From positions 50,913 through 82,912 of the forward strand of contig CAYRPF010000003.1 in the NCBI GenBank assembly GCA_964426185.1: 32,000 bases of DNA, given 5' to 3'. The notes beneath the pieces are model-generated. The model made no database searches and was not told the origin of the DNA. It saw only the letters and a program-made list of their open reading frames with translations. This DNA is from an uncultured archaeon. GTDB taxonomy: Archaea; Asgardarchaeota; Lokiarchaeia; Sigyniarchaeales; Promethearchaeaceae. Shown here one piece after another: positions 1 through 9,767 of the stretch (position 1 is the stretch's first letter; each line of letters begins with the position of its first letter). The position numbers and the translations under genes were made by a program.

Positions 1-2
1 TA

Positions 3-392
3 GGGTCAAATGAATTTAAATGGCACTTAGGAATGTTAATAAAGTTTGGATTTGTAAAGAAGATTCAATTTACTACACGTTCTTGTGGTTATTTTGAAAA
101 TCGGGAATATATGGGTCATGAGATGGATCTTTTTTTATTGCAGAATGACAAAGTGGCAAAAATTATTGAGTACTTATCTGATTTACCAAGTTCTATTTCT
201 GTTATTGCTCGAAAATTAGAGATCCACTATAATACCGTACAAAAATACGTATTGCTATTAGAAGAACGTGAAATATTAAAAAGTACCCAAGAAAAAGATA
301 ATATCATTTATTCTGTAAATGAAGATATGTTAGTTCGGCTCCGAAAAATTGTAAATGGTCAAGTTTTTTTAGATTTTGCATCTGATGTTTGA
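3..392 (+). CDS. Winged-HTH transcriptional regulator with two HTH domains, 5'-truncated by the window edge
   Basis: The frame is open from position 3 (GSNEFKWHLGMLIKFGFV, a recognition-helix/wing pattern), followed by a second HTH (SISVIARKLEIHYNTVQKYVLLLEEREIL). ATG 33 is probably internal. Confidence 0.75.
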   Translation, partial: GSNEFKWHLGMLIKFGFVKKIQFTTRSCGYFENREYMGHEMDLFLLQNDKVAKIIEYLSDLPSSISVIARKLEIHYNTVQKYVLLLEEREILKSTQEKDNIIYSVNEDMLVRLRKIVNGQVFLDFASDV

Positions 393-600
393 TTACCCCT
401 ATGGTTTTTTATCTCTTTATCGGTTAGCCAATTCGAGTTAAGTGCTTAATCCCATTACGCCAAATCTCTGCAGTCATCTCTCATAATCATACAGTCTCCA
501 ATTCGCTATGCCATAGTATGCCATGGCGTTTGCCATGATCACCTTAAGAGAGCGATGGTAATATTACTAATAATATAGCTAATTCAAACACAATTTAAAC

Positions 601-720
601 AGAAAGAAAATGAAGGAAAGAAGGCAAAAGAGAGAAGTGAAGAATGTAAATAAGAAAATGTAAGAGGGAAAAAGATAAATAGAAAATAAGAAAGCGAAGT
701 AAGAAAGAATAAAAAAAACG
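601..720 (-). terminator. Long pyrimidine/oligo-U-rich tract directly downstream of dnaJ; probable archaeal terminator region
   Basis: 105 of 120 nt are purines on the + strand (U/C-rich on the dnaJ mRNA strand), starting right after the dnaJ stop. Confidence 0.5.
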
Positions 721-721
721 A

Positions 722-1807
722 TTATCTGAAATTCTTTTCTAATTGGTCAATTAGTTGTCTTTGTGAGGATGATAATTGTTTATAGGACGGAATGTCTACT
801 TCGACTCTCAGATAATGATCTCCTCGGCGATTTCCTCGACTATTTAACACAGGAACACCTTTATTTCGCAAACGAAGTTCTGTTCCAGGGGATATGCCTG
901 GTTGCACTTTAATTTTTGTAGGCCCTTCCACTGTATCTACTTTCTTTTCGCATCCTTTAATGGCTTCAATAAAATTAATATGAATAGTGGAATAGATGTC
1001 ATTTCCCCTGCGTTCAAAACGCCGGTCGGATTTAATATGAATGCGAACATAAAGATCTCCAGGAATTGCATCCTTTACTGGATAATGACCTTGACCTTGA
1101 ACTTTCAAGTGCATTCCTTCTTCTACGCCCGCTGGAATGTTGATAGTATGGTTTTGTTTCACTAAAACGGCCTTTTTTCCGTGACATACAGGACAAGGCG
1201 AACCAATAATTTCTCCTTCACCACCACATTGTGAGCAAGTGGTGACTTGTTGCATTAATCCGAGAATTGAACGCGTAGTACGGGTTTCTTGCCCGCTACC
1301 ATGACATTTTGGACAAGTTCGGATATTTTTACCTCCCCGGCCATCACATTCGTGGCATGGTTCATATCGCGAGTATTTTATAGTCTTTTTTGCACCAGTT
1401 ATTACTTCCTTAAAAGATAAAGTTAAAGTTGTTTCAACATCTTCACCCCGAACCCGTCTTCGTCGAGAGCGTCGAGAAGAAGAGCCATTCATACCACCAA
1501 AAATATCCCCACCAAAGAACATGTCCATAATATCAGCAAATGATGAAAATCCACCTCCGGAAAAATTCATGCCTTCCAAATCGATACCATTAAATCCAAA
1601 TCGATCATATTTTTCTCTTTTTTCTGGATCTGATAAAACCATATATGCTTCATTAATTTCTTTGAATTTATTTTGAGCTTCGGGTGATTTATTTCGATCA
1701 GGATGCCATTTCATTGCAAGTTTCCGAAAGGCGCGTTTGATATCATCAGTACTGGCACTTCTATCTACGCCTAGTACTTCATAGTAATCCCGTTTATTTT
1801 TGGACAT
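722..1807 (-). CDS. dnaJ: Chaperone DnaJ (class A Hsp40)
   Basis: J domain with HPD, G/F region, four CxxCxGxG-type motifs ([32 protein letters not shown]) and C-terminal domain. SD-like GGAAGTGA upstream. Confidence 0.98.
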   Translation of the reverse strand: MSKNKRDYYEVLGVDRSASTDDIKRAFRKLAMKWHPDRNKSPEAQNKFKEINEAYMVLSDPEKREKYDRFGFNGIDLEGMNFSGGGFSSFADIMDMFFGGDIFGGMNGSSSRRSRRRRVRGEDVETTLTLSFKEVITGAKKTIKYSRYEPCHECDGRGGKNIRTCPKCHGSGQETRTTRSILGLMQQVTTCSQCGGEGEIIGSPCPVCHGKKAVLVKQNHTINIPAGVEEGMHLKVQGQGHYPVKDAIPGDLYVRIHIKSDRRFERRGNDIYSTIHINFIEAIKGCEKKVDTVEGPTKIKVQPGISPGTELRLRNKGVPVLNSRGNRRGDHYLRVEVDIPSYKQLSSSQRQLIDQLEKNFR

Positions 1808-1866
1808 TTCTGTGTCACTTCCTTTAGTGTTCGTGTTCTTTGTGGGTAATTTTCTAAAATGAGTTA

Positions 1867-1907
1867 TTACTTATCGAGTAAGTAAAAGAAAAAAAGATAG
1901 AAAAAGA
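1867..1907 (-). terminator. Oligo-T tract plus 7-bp inverted repeat between dnaK and dnaJ
   Basis: TTACTTA-tcgag-TAAGTAA at 1867-1885. The A-rich tract at 1884-1907 is U-rich on the mRNA strand. Confidence 0.35.
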
Positions 1908-1952
1908 ATTTTTAGTTTATTGGATATTGGTTTTACGAATATTTCTTTTTTC

Positions 1953-3914
1953 TTATTCGTCTTCCCATTCCACATCTACTACTTTCTTTTTCTCTTTGTC
2001 GGATTTGGATGGTTCTTCATAGGTGGCACCGCCTTGATTGCCAAATCCTGCTCCACCTTGGGCAGCTTGTTGGGCAAATTTAGCTGCTTGAGCTGGATCC
2101 ATACCGCCCATACCACCCATGCCACCGGGTGCGCCGCCTTGTGCGTAAATTTTCTCAGCAAACTTATGCAGATGTTCTTCCAAAGAAGTTTTTGCTTCTT
2201 TAATTCTGTTGAGATTGTCTGTTTTCAAAGCATCTTTTACATCATCGATTGCACGCACTAAATTATTTTTTAATTCATCATCTAATTTATCTGCGTGATC
2301 TTTCATCATTTTTTCAGCTTGGAACGCTAATGTATCTGCTTCATTTTTAGTTTCGATTTGTTCGCGCACTTTCTTATCTTCTTCAGCATATTTTTCCGCT
2401 TCACGGATTTTTGCTTTGATTTCTTCTTCGGATAATTTTGATTGTCCAGTTATGGTAATCGATTGTTCTTTTCCTGTACCGAGGTCTTTAGCTTTTACAT
2501 GTACAATTCCATTTTGGTCTATCGAAAAGGTGACTTCAATTTGAGGAACACCTCGAGGGGCTGGAGGAATTCCATCTAAGTGGAATCGCCCAAGAGTAAT
2601 ATTATCTTTTGCCATAGGGCGTTCTCCTTGAATTACGTGGATTTCCACACTGGGTTGATTATCTGTGGCGGTAGAGAATATTTTAGAGCGTTCTACTGGA
2701 ATAGTGGTGTTTCGTTCAATTAAAGGGGTTGCTACTCCTCCCAGAGTTTCAATACTTAATGTTAAGGGGGTAACATCTAATAGGAGTAAATCTTCAACTT
2801 CTCCGCTGAGTACTCCTCCTTGGATCGCTGCACCTTGAGCCACGCATTCCATGGGGTCAATTCCTTTTTCAGGTTTTCTACCAAAGAAATCTTCATAAAC
2901 TTTCTGTACCGAAGGCATTCGAGATGGACCACCGACCATGATTATCTTTTTAATATCAGATTTCTTTAGTTTTGAATCACGTAATGCACGTTCCATTGGT
3001 GGAATTAATCGGTTCAAAATTGGATCAATCAGTTCTTCAAATTTGGCTCGAGTTAATTCCAAGTCTAAACTAAGTGGTTGACCATCTTTACCCATTGCAA
3101 TAAATGGTAGGTTTATTCGGGTTGAATATGTGGTAGAAAGTTCAATTTTAGCTTTTTCTGCAGCGTCTATGACCCGCATCATGGCTTGGGAATCTTTGGA
3201 AATATCAACATCAGTTTGTTTCTTGAATTTCTTAATGATCCATTCTTTCACTGCTTCATCCATATCGGTTCCACCGAGTGCTGTGTCTCCTGAAGTGGAT
3301 AACACTTCAAAAACACCTTCACCCATTTCCATGATGGTTACATCAAATGTTCCTCCACCTAAGTCTAATACTGCAACTTTCATGGAACCTTGATCGGTTT
3401 TGTCTAAACCATATGCAATACATGCAGCGGTTGGTTCATTAATAATTCGAACGACATCCAAACCTGCAATACGTCCTGCATCTTTAGTGGCTGTGCGCTG
3501 TGCGTCATTGAAATAAGCGGGTACTGTAATAACTGCTTTTTCTAATTTTTCTCCTAAGTAATCTTCTGCATCTTTCTTAATTTTTTGTAAGATCATTGCA
3601 CTGATTTCTTCAGGAGTATATTCTCTATTGTCAATGCGGATTTTTTCATTTGTCCCCATTTTTCGTTTAATTTTTCGAATGGTACGATCTGGATTAGAAA
3701 TCGCTTGCCGTCGAGCTGGTTCTCCCACCAAACGAGTTCCATCTTTCAAGAATGCAACATATGATGGAAAAGCTTTACCACCTAAAGATACACCCTCTGC
3801 TGCTGGGATTATCTCAGGTTTTCCTCCGATCATTACAGATGCGGCTGAATTTGATGTACCAAGATCAATACCAATAATTTTCTCTTTCCTAACCTTCTTT
3901 TTTTCGTCAGTCAT
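1953..3914 (-). CDS. dnaK: Chaperone DnaK (Hsp70)
   Basis: [41 protein letters not shown] repeats and acidic C-terminus. ATG 3914 preferred because the GTG at 3923 lies inside an SD-like GGAAGTGA. Confidence 0.99.
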   Translation of the reverse strand: MTDEKKKVRKEKIIGIDLGTSNSAASVMIGGKPEIIPAAEGVSLGGKAFPSYVAFLKDGTRLVGEPARRQAISNPDRTIRKIKRKMGTNEKIRIDNREYTPEEISAMILQKIKKDAEDYLGEKLEKAVITVPAYFNDAQRTATKDAGRIAGLDVVRIINEPTAACIAYGLDKTDQGSMKVAVLDLGGGTFDVTIMEMGEGVFEVLSTSGDTALGGTDMDEAVKEWIIKKFKKQTDVDISKDSQAMMRVIDAAEKAKIELSTTYSTRINLPFIAMGKDGQPLSLDLELTRAKFEELIDPILNRLIPPMERALRDSKLKKSDIKKIIMVGGPSRMPSVQKVYEDFFGRKPEKGIDPMECVAQGAAIQGGVLSGEVEDLLLLDVTPLTLSIETLGGVATPLIERNTTIPVERSKIFSTATDNQPSVEIHVIQGERPMAKDNITLGRFHLDGIPPAPRGVPQIEVTFSIDQNGIVHVKAKDLGTGKEQSITITGQSKLSEEEIKAKIREAEKYAEEDKKVREQIETKNEADTLAFQAEKMMKDHADKLDDELKNNLVRAIDDVKDALKTDNLNRIKEAKTSLEEHLHKFAEKIYAQGGAPGGMGGMGGMDPAQAAKFAQQAAQGGAGFGNQGGATYEEPSKSDKEKKKVVDVEWEDE

Positions 3915-3996
3915 GATATTCACTTCCGGTTATTTTTAATTGTGGTTATTATCAAGCATAAATGTGTGATAACTAAGAAAAATAAGTTAATGATCC

Positions 3997-4012
3997 TATA
4001 TAAATTTTGTTA
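3997..4012 (-). promoter_or_regulatory. Archaeal BRE/TATA box for dnaK
   Basis: Minus strand reads TAACAAAA-TTTATATA, about 85 nt upstream of ATG 3914. Confidence 0.6.
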
Positions 4013-4109
4013 ACCTAAAGTTGTCATTATGGATAAATTGTTTTTGATTGTCAATTTTCATTAATCAATTCACAAAAATTTTTTTATTTTTGAAATATTA
4101 TCATATTTA

Positions 4110-4394
4110 ATGCCGGAACAATCCGACGAACTAACCCATTGGGTTATCCAAAGTATGTATTTACTTTTAGATGGGCAAGTTTCGGATACAATAATTTTAT
4201 CTTCGCACAAATTAAACACTATTTTAGAACACAAATGCGGTGTTAATTTGAAAATCGATCGCATTGGCAGGTATCTGGCTCGTTTTTCCCGTGAACATAA
4301 ATTAAAGCGCTTGACAACTAAAATTCCAAAATATGAAATTAAGAAGGAACTTTTGCTGAAAATTCTGAAATCCTATTCCATTCAAACAACCTAA
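4110..4394 (+). CDS. Small basic protein, probable winged-helix DNA-binding protein
   Basis: Helix-strand-helix-helix-wing pattern (IILSSHKLNTILEHKCGVNLKIDRIGRYLARF..PKYEI). TATA-like TTTTTAT at 4081-4087. Confidence 0.6.
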   Translation: MPEQSDELTHWVIQSMYLLLDGQVSDTIILSSHKLNTILEHKCGVNLKIDRIGRYLARFSREHKLKRLTTKIPKYEIKKELLLKILKSYSIQTT

Positions 4395-4397
4395 TAA

Positions 4398-5174
4398 GTG
4401 ATTGTGCTCAAATTGCCGCAAACTACACATCAACGCCGATATGATCATTTCGTTAAAGCTGGATTAGATGCCTATAAGAAAGCAGTAGAATCAAAATCAA
4501 CCAAAAAAACTACAGCTTTAGTTCAGCAATCCTTGGACTACTTTTCAAAAGCTGTCAAGATGACAGATCTTGTTGCCATGGAAGATCGTATTCCCTACTT
4601 AAATGAATATTTTGTTCTCAACTATGCAATTCTTGCCAACACTCTTTCTATAGAGAATAAAATTGAGGAAGCAATTCTAACCTACCAAAAGGCTTTGAAT
4701 ATAAATGAAAAAACTTTGAATAATCAAGAAACTCTTATTCGAGATTGTTTCATTTCAACGGAAATTTCAAAGTTATATATCTATCAAAAAAATAAGATTC
4801 TTGCAGAAAAAAATCTGTGGAGGATTTTGAAAAATACCAAAAAATTGGAAGATATTAAAAAGGCAATTAAATACTTATTACAAATTCGTGATTTTTTTAT
4901 TCAACTTGATAATCAAGAGGGCATTAAGCAAACTTGGAAGATGTTGCTTAAAATTGCAACAAAAGGAAAAGAAGAAGATCTTGTGCCTATTCGTGCGGAA
5001 ATTTACGAACAATATGGGCGATTTTTAGTGAAAAACGAAGGACAAAATCCCCATAACGCTTTGAAGCAAAAGAAACGCGCTAAAAAATACTGGAAAAAGG
5101 CAATTTTGCTGTATAATCGTGCAAAATTATCCAAAAAAACCAAAAAACTAGAAAAATTAATAGATAAATTATGA
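4398..5174 (+). CDS. Tetratricopeptide-repeat (TPR-like) protein
   Basis: Helical repeats SLDYFSKAV, EEAILTYQKALNI and RAKKYWKKAILLY. GTG start 3 nt after the previous stop. Confidence 0.75.
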   Translation: MIVLKLPQTTHQRRYDHFVKAGLDAYKKAVESKSTKKTTALVQQSLDYFSKAVKMTDLVAMEDRIPYLNEYFVLNYAILANTLSIENKIEEAILTYQKALNINEKTLNNQETLIRDCFISTEISKLYIYQKNKILAEKNLWRILKNTKKLEDIKKAIKYLLQIRDFFIQLDNQEGIKQTWKMLLKIATKGKEEDLVPIRAEIYEQYGRFLVKNEGQNPHNALKQKKRAKKYWKKAILLYNRAKLSKKTKKLEKLIDKL

Positions 5175-5219
5175 AATAAGTATATTATTATCTTAACCTT
5201 TCAATGTTTGCACTACTTC

Positions 5220-5987
5220 TCATGAAGAATGCCATCCGCGTTCTTCCATAATCCGATCAACTAAATATTCAGTTTCCTTGAGTGATATACCTTGGATTTG
5301 CTCTTCTTCGATAGTAACCAACTGATGAGAAAGCAATTGTGAGATCCCTTTTGTCCAATCTGGATCAGATATTTTGAAGTTAGTTTGGAAAAATTTTTGC
5401 AGAATTTTCAAATTAAAATTACCAAAATCCATCAATAATGTAAGCACATCATAAACAAACTCAAATGTTATCTTATCTTGATATAGAAGTTTAAGAACTT
5501 CTATTGCAAAGCTTATTTTTTCACGTTGGTATTGGAGAAATTTCATAGTATATTTACGTTCTTGATGGTTTTTGCATACATTTCCTTTAGATGAAGGATA
5601 GTTTCGGCACATATTTGGGTGAAAACCATGAATAATACAATATGATTCTCTAACAGAATCTCCATTTTCTAAGTTCCAAGCCAGAAATAAACATTCGGTT
5701 GAATTTTGAGAGTCTTTTAGAAAAAATTTTTGTGCCAAATCAAAGTGTTTTTTCCATATCTGACGTTTTGAGGGAATGTAATAGTCGATCTGGCCTGTTT
5801 GCAAATTTTTTTTCTCCCAATGTGTTTGAATTTGGTTATAAAGTTCTATATAGGGATTAAATGGGAGCTTTTGCTGGGAGAAAAATAAAGGATTCTTTTG
5901 ATGAAGTATTTCTTCTGAAGTAAAATGAATTTGACCTTCAAATTCAATACAACATCGTCCACATCGAGAACATAAATTCAATTCCAT
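5220..5987 (-). CDS. YkgJ/UPF0153 CxxCxxCC cysteine-cluster (Fe-S or Zn) protein with a C-terminal extension
   Basis: CSRCGRCC at the N-terminus, then CLFL, CIIH..HPNMCRNYP and a further Cys. Start moved to ATG 5987 to remove the overlap with the divergent gene. Confidence 0.85.
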   Translation of the reverse strand: MELNLCSRCGRCCIEFEGQIHFTSEEILHQKNPLFFSQQKLPFNPYIELYNQIQTHWEKKNLQTGQIDYYIPSKRQIWKKHFDLAQKFFLKDSQNSTECLFLAWNLENGDSVRESYCIIHGFHPNMCRNYPSSKGNVCKNHQERKYTMKFLQYQREKISFAIEVLKLLYQDKITFEFVYDVLTLLMDFGNFNLKILQKFFQTNFKISDPDWTKGISQLLSHQLVTIEEEQIQGISLKETEYLVDRIMEERGWHSS

Positions 5988-6077
5988 ATAAAATATATTA
6001 AGAATCAAGGTGAAATGAAATTTTGCATTTATCAAATTTCTTCAAAAAGCGAAGCATTTTTTGGGTTATTTGCCCAC

Positions 6078-8552
6078 ATGATGGTTAGAGTAGAAATGCC
6101 GCTATCCGATCGAAATCGCCGATTCAAGAGTAAAAGTGAGATAAAGCAGAAAAATAACCAAAAATCTGAAGAAAATACATTTCGGCAAAAATTTTTCGCA
6201 ATTTTTATTTCTCCTGTTAAGTTTTTCTTTATAAGAATGCGAGAACTTTTTTTAGGTCGAACTGATAAACAATTAAGCGGTGAAAAGCCTTCTTTTCTTG
6301 GAAAACGTATGTTCTTTTTATTAGGTCTGTTTTCCCTTACTTCTTTTATTCTGTTTGCTGAAATGAACCAAAATTTATTCGCTAGTCCAATAATTTTAAG
6401 AATACTTGATGTTTTAACCTTAAGTGATCCCTATTCCTTTGGAATCGCCTTAACTTTCGTTTTTATCGAGCTCAGCTTTTTAAATTGCAATGATAAAATC
6501 CATTTATGGTTTTTCGGCAAATTATACGTCGTTAAACAGTTGATTTTATTTGTAGGATTATTCGTAGGAAATTTGTTCCTAAATCGGTATATAATTAGTC
6601 TAGGTTTTGATTTTTATGCCTTATTGCTTATGTTAGCAGGATTATGGCTTATTTTTCAAACCATCCGTATTTTTAATGGGGCAAAAATTGGTGCAACAAA
6701 GACAGAAGCTAAAATTTCGGAGCGTTATTCTCCATTTCTCTTCTTCATTGCTGTAGTTACTCCATTTATTATTTTAGGTGTTCTCATTTTTCTTTCTTGG
6801 GTTTTTCGCTATTATATTGTGATATTCACTTTAGATTACATAGGACATCCTGATCATAATCCTCAACTTGCTTTAGAAATATACACAAAGGAAATGGGTG
6901 TAATTATGCCAATGATTTATACAGGTATGTTTTTTGTGTTTGTAATGATGATCTCTCAAGTGATTTTAAGTCGGAAAAAGGGAGCAACAAAACGTGCCGG
7001 TGCTTATGATAATTTTACTTTCGGATTAATTAGTTTTGTAATGTTTCTTTATTCTTTATATAACATAGCTTTGTACTTATTCTTAGATCACAAATTTTTA
7101 GAAGGATTTAGCACGGTTCTTGGTAGCACTTCTCATAGTGGGGGAGCTTTCTTTGTAGAATATATGATTACAATTGTATTTTTGATTTGGATAATTGTAG
7201 ATTTACACAAGCAATTTGAAAAAGGAGTTTTATTTTTTACGAAAGATGGAATGATTCTCTTTTTACTCGGCGCAATATTTGCCCAAACAACTGCAAGATA
7301 TGGAATTGTAGCTGGAAAAGCCAGTGTTAATAATACACTTGCAAACTTCATAAAATATGACTACATGATACTTCCTTGGATTATTCTTCTATTTTTAGGG
7401 GTAACAATTGTTTCCTATTGGATTCGTCCACAAGAAATGTCAATGTTCTTGCACATGAGTAAATCTGCCGTAGATGATAAAGATAAAGGAATGGAGAATA
7501 TTTTACGTTTTCTTAAACGAGAATTTATTCGCAGAGGTGAGAAATTCGAAATTTCACCGGATATAATCAATTCATTAAGAAAAATTACTTCCTATCCATC
7601 TCAAGTTATTTGGGCCTTAATTTATCGCCTAAATGATCAATATATTGATGTTCACCTACAATTCGAGAAAGATGAAAATCAAAAGAAAATTGTTTATTTT
7701 GATTTCCTTCCGATTACGACTAAATATCAAAAGAGTAAAGAAGCAGAATACAGGGCGAAAACATATCTGTCTTCTTATTTTGTCCAAAGTCTCCAGACAG
7801 GTCCAAAGAAAAAGTTGGCTGTAAGCAAGAAGAAAATATCTTCTTCTAAGCAAACTGATGTTTTTATTCAAAGTCTTTCTCACACATATGCTAAAAAAGT
7901 TCAAATGGAAAAAGAACAAAAAGAGAAACAAATCCAGCAAGGGGAACAATTTACTGAAGAATGGTTAAATAAAGAAATGGATAATGAAACCAAAAAGCTT
8001 GTTTATGAAATTGTAAAAAAAGAATATATTCGTCGGATTACTCATATATCAGATTATCCAAACGAGATCCGATTCCGAATGTCAGATATCGTTGGCACAA
8101 TTGAAAAATCAACCGGAATTCCAGTGGGGAGATTATTTCCATTTTTATACCAGTTGGCAGCTGAAAATTGGAATTTCTTGCTCTCGGCTGATTTTGTTGA
8201 TGCTAAACATCCAGATGATCGTTTAATAGAATTTCTTCCAATCGATGATTGGGAATTATATTCTTTAATGCGTGAATACAGACCAGAAACCCTTCGTGAA
8301 ATACATATCTTAATGCAAACGTGGTTTGATCGAAATATTAATTTTAAACGAAAAAAATTAGAAAGATTACCCCCGTTAGAGTACACTGATGAAGATGCAG
8401 AATTCGAACGTTCTTATCGTTCTAAATGGTTTGCTCAAACAATGCATTACTTTGCAAAACACTATCAGACCAGACAAAGAGAGCAAGATTTCCATTCACG
8501 TGGTGCTTTACTCCATAAATCTTTTAAAAAAATAGGTGTTCCGTTTCTCTAA
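6078..8552 (+). CDS. Polytopic membrane protein (~10 TM) with a large soluble C-terminal region containing an internal repeat
   Basis: About ten hydrophobic segments, then two related ~80-aa units ending in FLPI. Start uncertain (6015, 6078 or 6096). Confidence 0.8.
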   Translation: MMVRVEMPLSDRNRRFKSKSEIKQKNNQKSEENTFRQKFFAIFISPVKFFFIRMRELFLGRTDKQLSGEKPSFLGKRMFFLLGLFSLTSFILFAEMNQNLFASPIILRILDVLTLSDPYSFGIALTFVFIELSFLNCNDKIHLWFFGKLYVVKQLILFVGLFVGNLFLNRYIISLGFDFYALLLMLAGLWLIFQTIRIFNGAKIGATKTEAKISERYSPFLFFIAVVTPFIILGVLIFLSWVFRYYIVIFTLDYIGHPDHNPQLALEIYTKEMGVIMPMIYTGMFFVFVMMISQVILSRKKGATKRAGAYDNFTFGLISFVMFLYSLYNIALYLFLDHKFLEGFSTVLGSTSHSGGAFFVEYMITIVFLIWIIVDLHKQFEKGVLFFTKDGMILFLLGAIFAQTTARYGIVAGKASVNNTLANFIKYDYMILPWIILLFLGVTIVSYWIRPQEMSMFLHMSKSAVDDKDKGMENILRFLKREFIRRGEKFEISPDIINSLRKITSYPSQVIWALIYRLNDQYIDVHLQFEKDENQKKIVYFDFLPITTKYQKSKEAEYRAKTYLSSYFVQSLQTGPKKKLAVSKKKISSSKQTDVFIQSLSHTYAKKVQMEKEQKEKQIQQGEQFTEEWLNKEMDNETKKLVYEIVKKEYIRRITHISDYPNEIRFRMSDIVGTIEKSTGIPVGRLFPFLYQLAAENWNFLLSADFVDAKHPDDRLIEFLPIDDWELYSLMREYRPETLREIHILMQTWFDRNINFKRKKLERLPPLEYTDEDAEFERSYRSKWFAQTMHYFAKHYQTRQREQDFHSRGALLHKSFKKIGVPFL

Positions 8553-8563
8553 GGTGATTATTC

Positions 8564-9115
8564 TTGGTAGGGCAACTTTTCTTAATCGTTGGAAATAGTG
8601 GAAGTGGTAAAGATACGATTTTATCGATGATTAAAAAATACTGGCCGAAAAATAAACCCAAGATAATCATTCCTCGCCGTTATATTACCAGAAAAAAACA
8701 TCCATCTGAAAATTTTCATGCAATCTCACGACAACGATTTCAACGCATGAAATCACAAGGTAAATTTTCATTAACATGGGAAAGTTATGGAAATTACTAT
8801 GGTGTATCTTCAAAACTAAATAAATGGTTAGAAAAGGGGTATTGGGTCTTAGTCAACGTGAGTCGCTCCATTATCCCCTCATGTAAGGAGCAATATTCTG
8901 GTTGTAAGGTTATATATATCCATGTTCCATTTAAAATATTAGAAAATAGAATTCAAAAGCGTGGAAGGGAAAAACAAAATGAGCAAGCTTATTTCGAACG
9001 CTTAAAACGAGCTCAGGAAAATTATATCTTGGAAAAAGCAGATATCACGATTGATAATTCCGACAATATTGAAAAAGCGGTGGAACAAGTGATTAATTTT
9101 CTATATCAATACTGA
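8564..9115 (+). CDS. phnN: Ribose 1,5-bisphosphate phosphokinase (PhnN, guanylate kinase-like)
   Basis: GNSGSGKDT P-loop, RRYITR, FSLTWESYGNYYG, VLVNVSR, RIQKRGRE. TTG start with SD-like AGGTGA at 8552-8557. Confidence 0.85.
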   Translation: MVGQLFLIVGNSGSGKDTILSMIKKYWPKNKPKIIIPRRYITRKKHPSENFHAISRQRFQRMKSQGKFSLTWESYGNYYGVSSKLNKWLEKGYWVLVNVSRSIIPSCKEQYSGCKVIYIHVPFKILENRIQKRGREKQNEQAYFERLKRAQENYILEKADITIDNSDNIEKAVEQVINFLYQY

Positions 9116-9162
9116 TGCAATTGATGAATTTTAGGCTTTTATTTGGAGAAAGTGAAATTTTA

Positions 9163-9738
9163 ATGGCTCAAACAAGAAAAATATCTTTAGTTGGATTTCG
9201 ATTTGCGGGAAAAACTACTTTCGGACGGGCTTTAGCTGATGAAATTTCCATTAGGTTTATGGATATTGATTCCTTAATTGTTCAAAGTGCTCGAAAATCT
9301 ATTTCTGAAATATTTAAAACTGATGGTGCTGCATACTTTCGATTATTAGAAGAAAAAATTATTTACGATACATTTAATTCTGACATTTCATCAATAATTG
9401 CTGTAGGAGGGGGTGCAGTAAGTTCTTCCAAGAATCGCAAAATAATTAAAAATAATTCATATGTGGTATACTTGGATGTAGAAGAATCTGTTCTTCTTAG
9501 CCGTTATCATCGCTTAGAAATGCAAAAAGATGAGTTTCGTCCTCGTTTAACCTCTTTATCTCTTGAAGATGAAGTATCCTTTCTACTCCATCAACGGAAA
9601 CCTTATTATCAAGAGATAGCAGATCTGATTATTCCTTTAGAAAATGCTTTAATATCTGAAAATCTAAATGTTATTATCAGTAAATTAGAGAAGCATGGGC
9701 CTAAATGGTTGAAGAATAAATTAGCAAATAGAAATTAG
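9163..9738 (+). CDS. aroK: Shikimate kinase, AroK/AroL (NMP-kinase fold)
   Basis: LVGFRFAGKTT, DID, ISEIFKTDGAAYFRLLE, AVGGGAV, RPRL, RKPYYQEIAD. Start at 9115 or 9163. Confidence 0.85.
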   Translation: MAQTRKISLVGFRFAGKTTFGRALADEISIRFMDIDSLIVQSARKSISEIFKTDGAAYFRLLEEKIIYDTFNSDISSIIAVGGGAVSSSKNRKIIKNNSYVVYLDVEESVLLSRYHRLEMQKDEFRPRLTSLSLEDEVSFLLHQRKPYYQEIADLIIPLENALISENLNVIISKLEKHGPKWLKNKLANRN

Positions 9739-9767
9739 GATAGATCTAAGATAAGGACGTATCAAAA

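Noticed and set aside
531-560. SECIS-like ATGA...AA...GA stem (tgccATGAtcaccttaagagagcGAtggta)
   Set aside because: Only 15 nt lie between ATGA and GA, too short for SECIS helix II plus loop, and no selenoprotein-like in-frame TGA is evident nearby.
902-3939. Antisense or alternate-frame ORFs over dnaJ/dnaK (902-1165, 1920-2261, 1979-2161, 3130-3393, 3628-3939)
   Set aside because: Shadows of highly conserved genes; no motifs.
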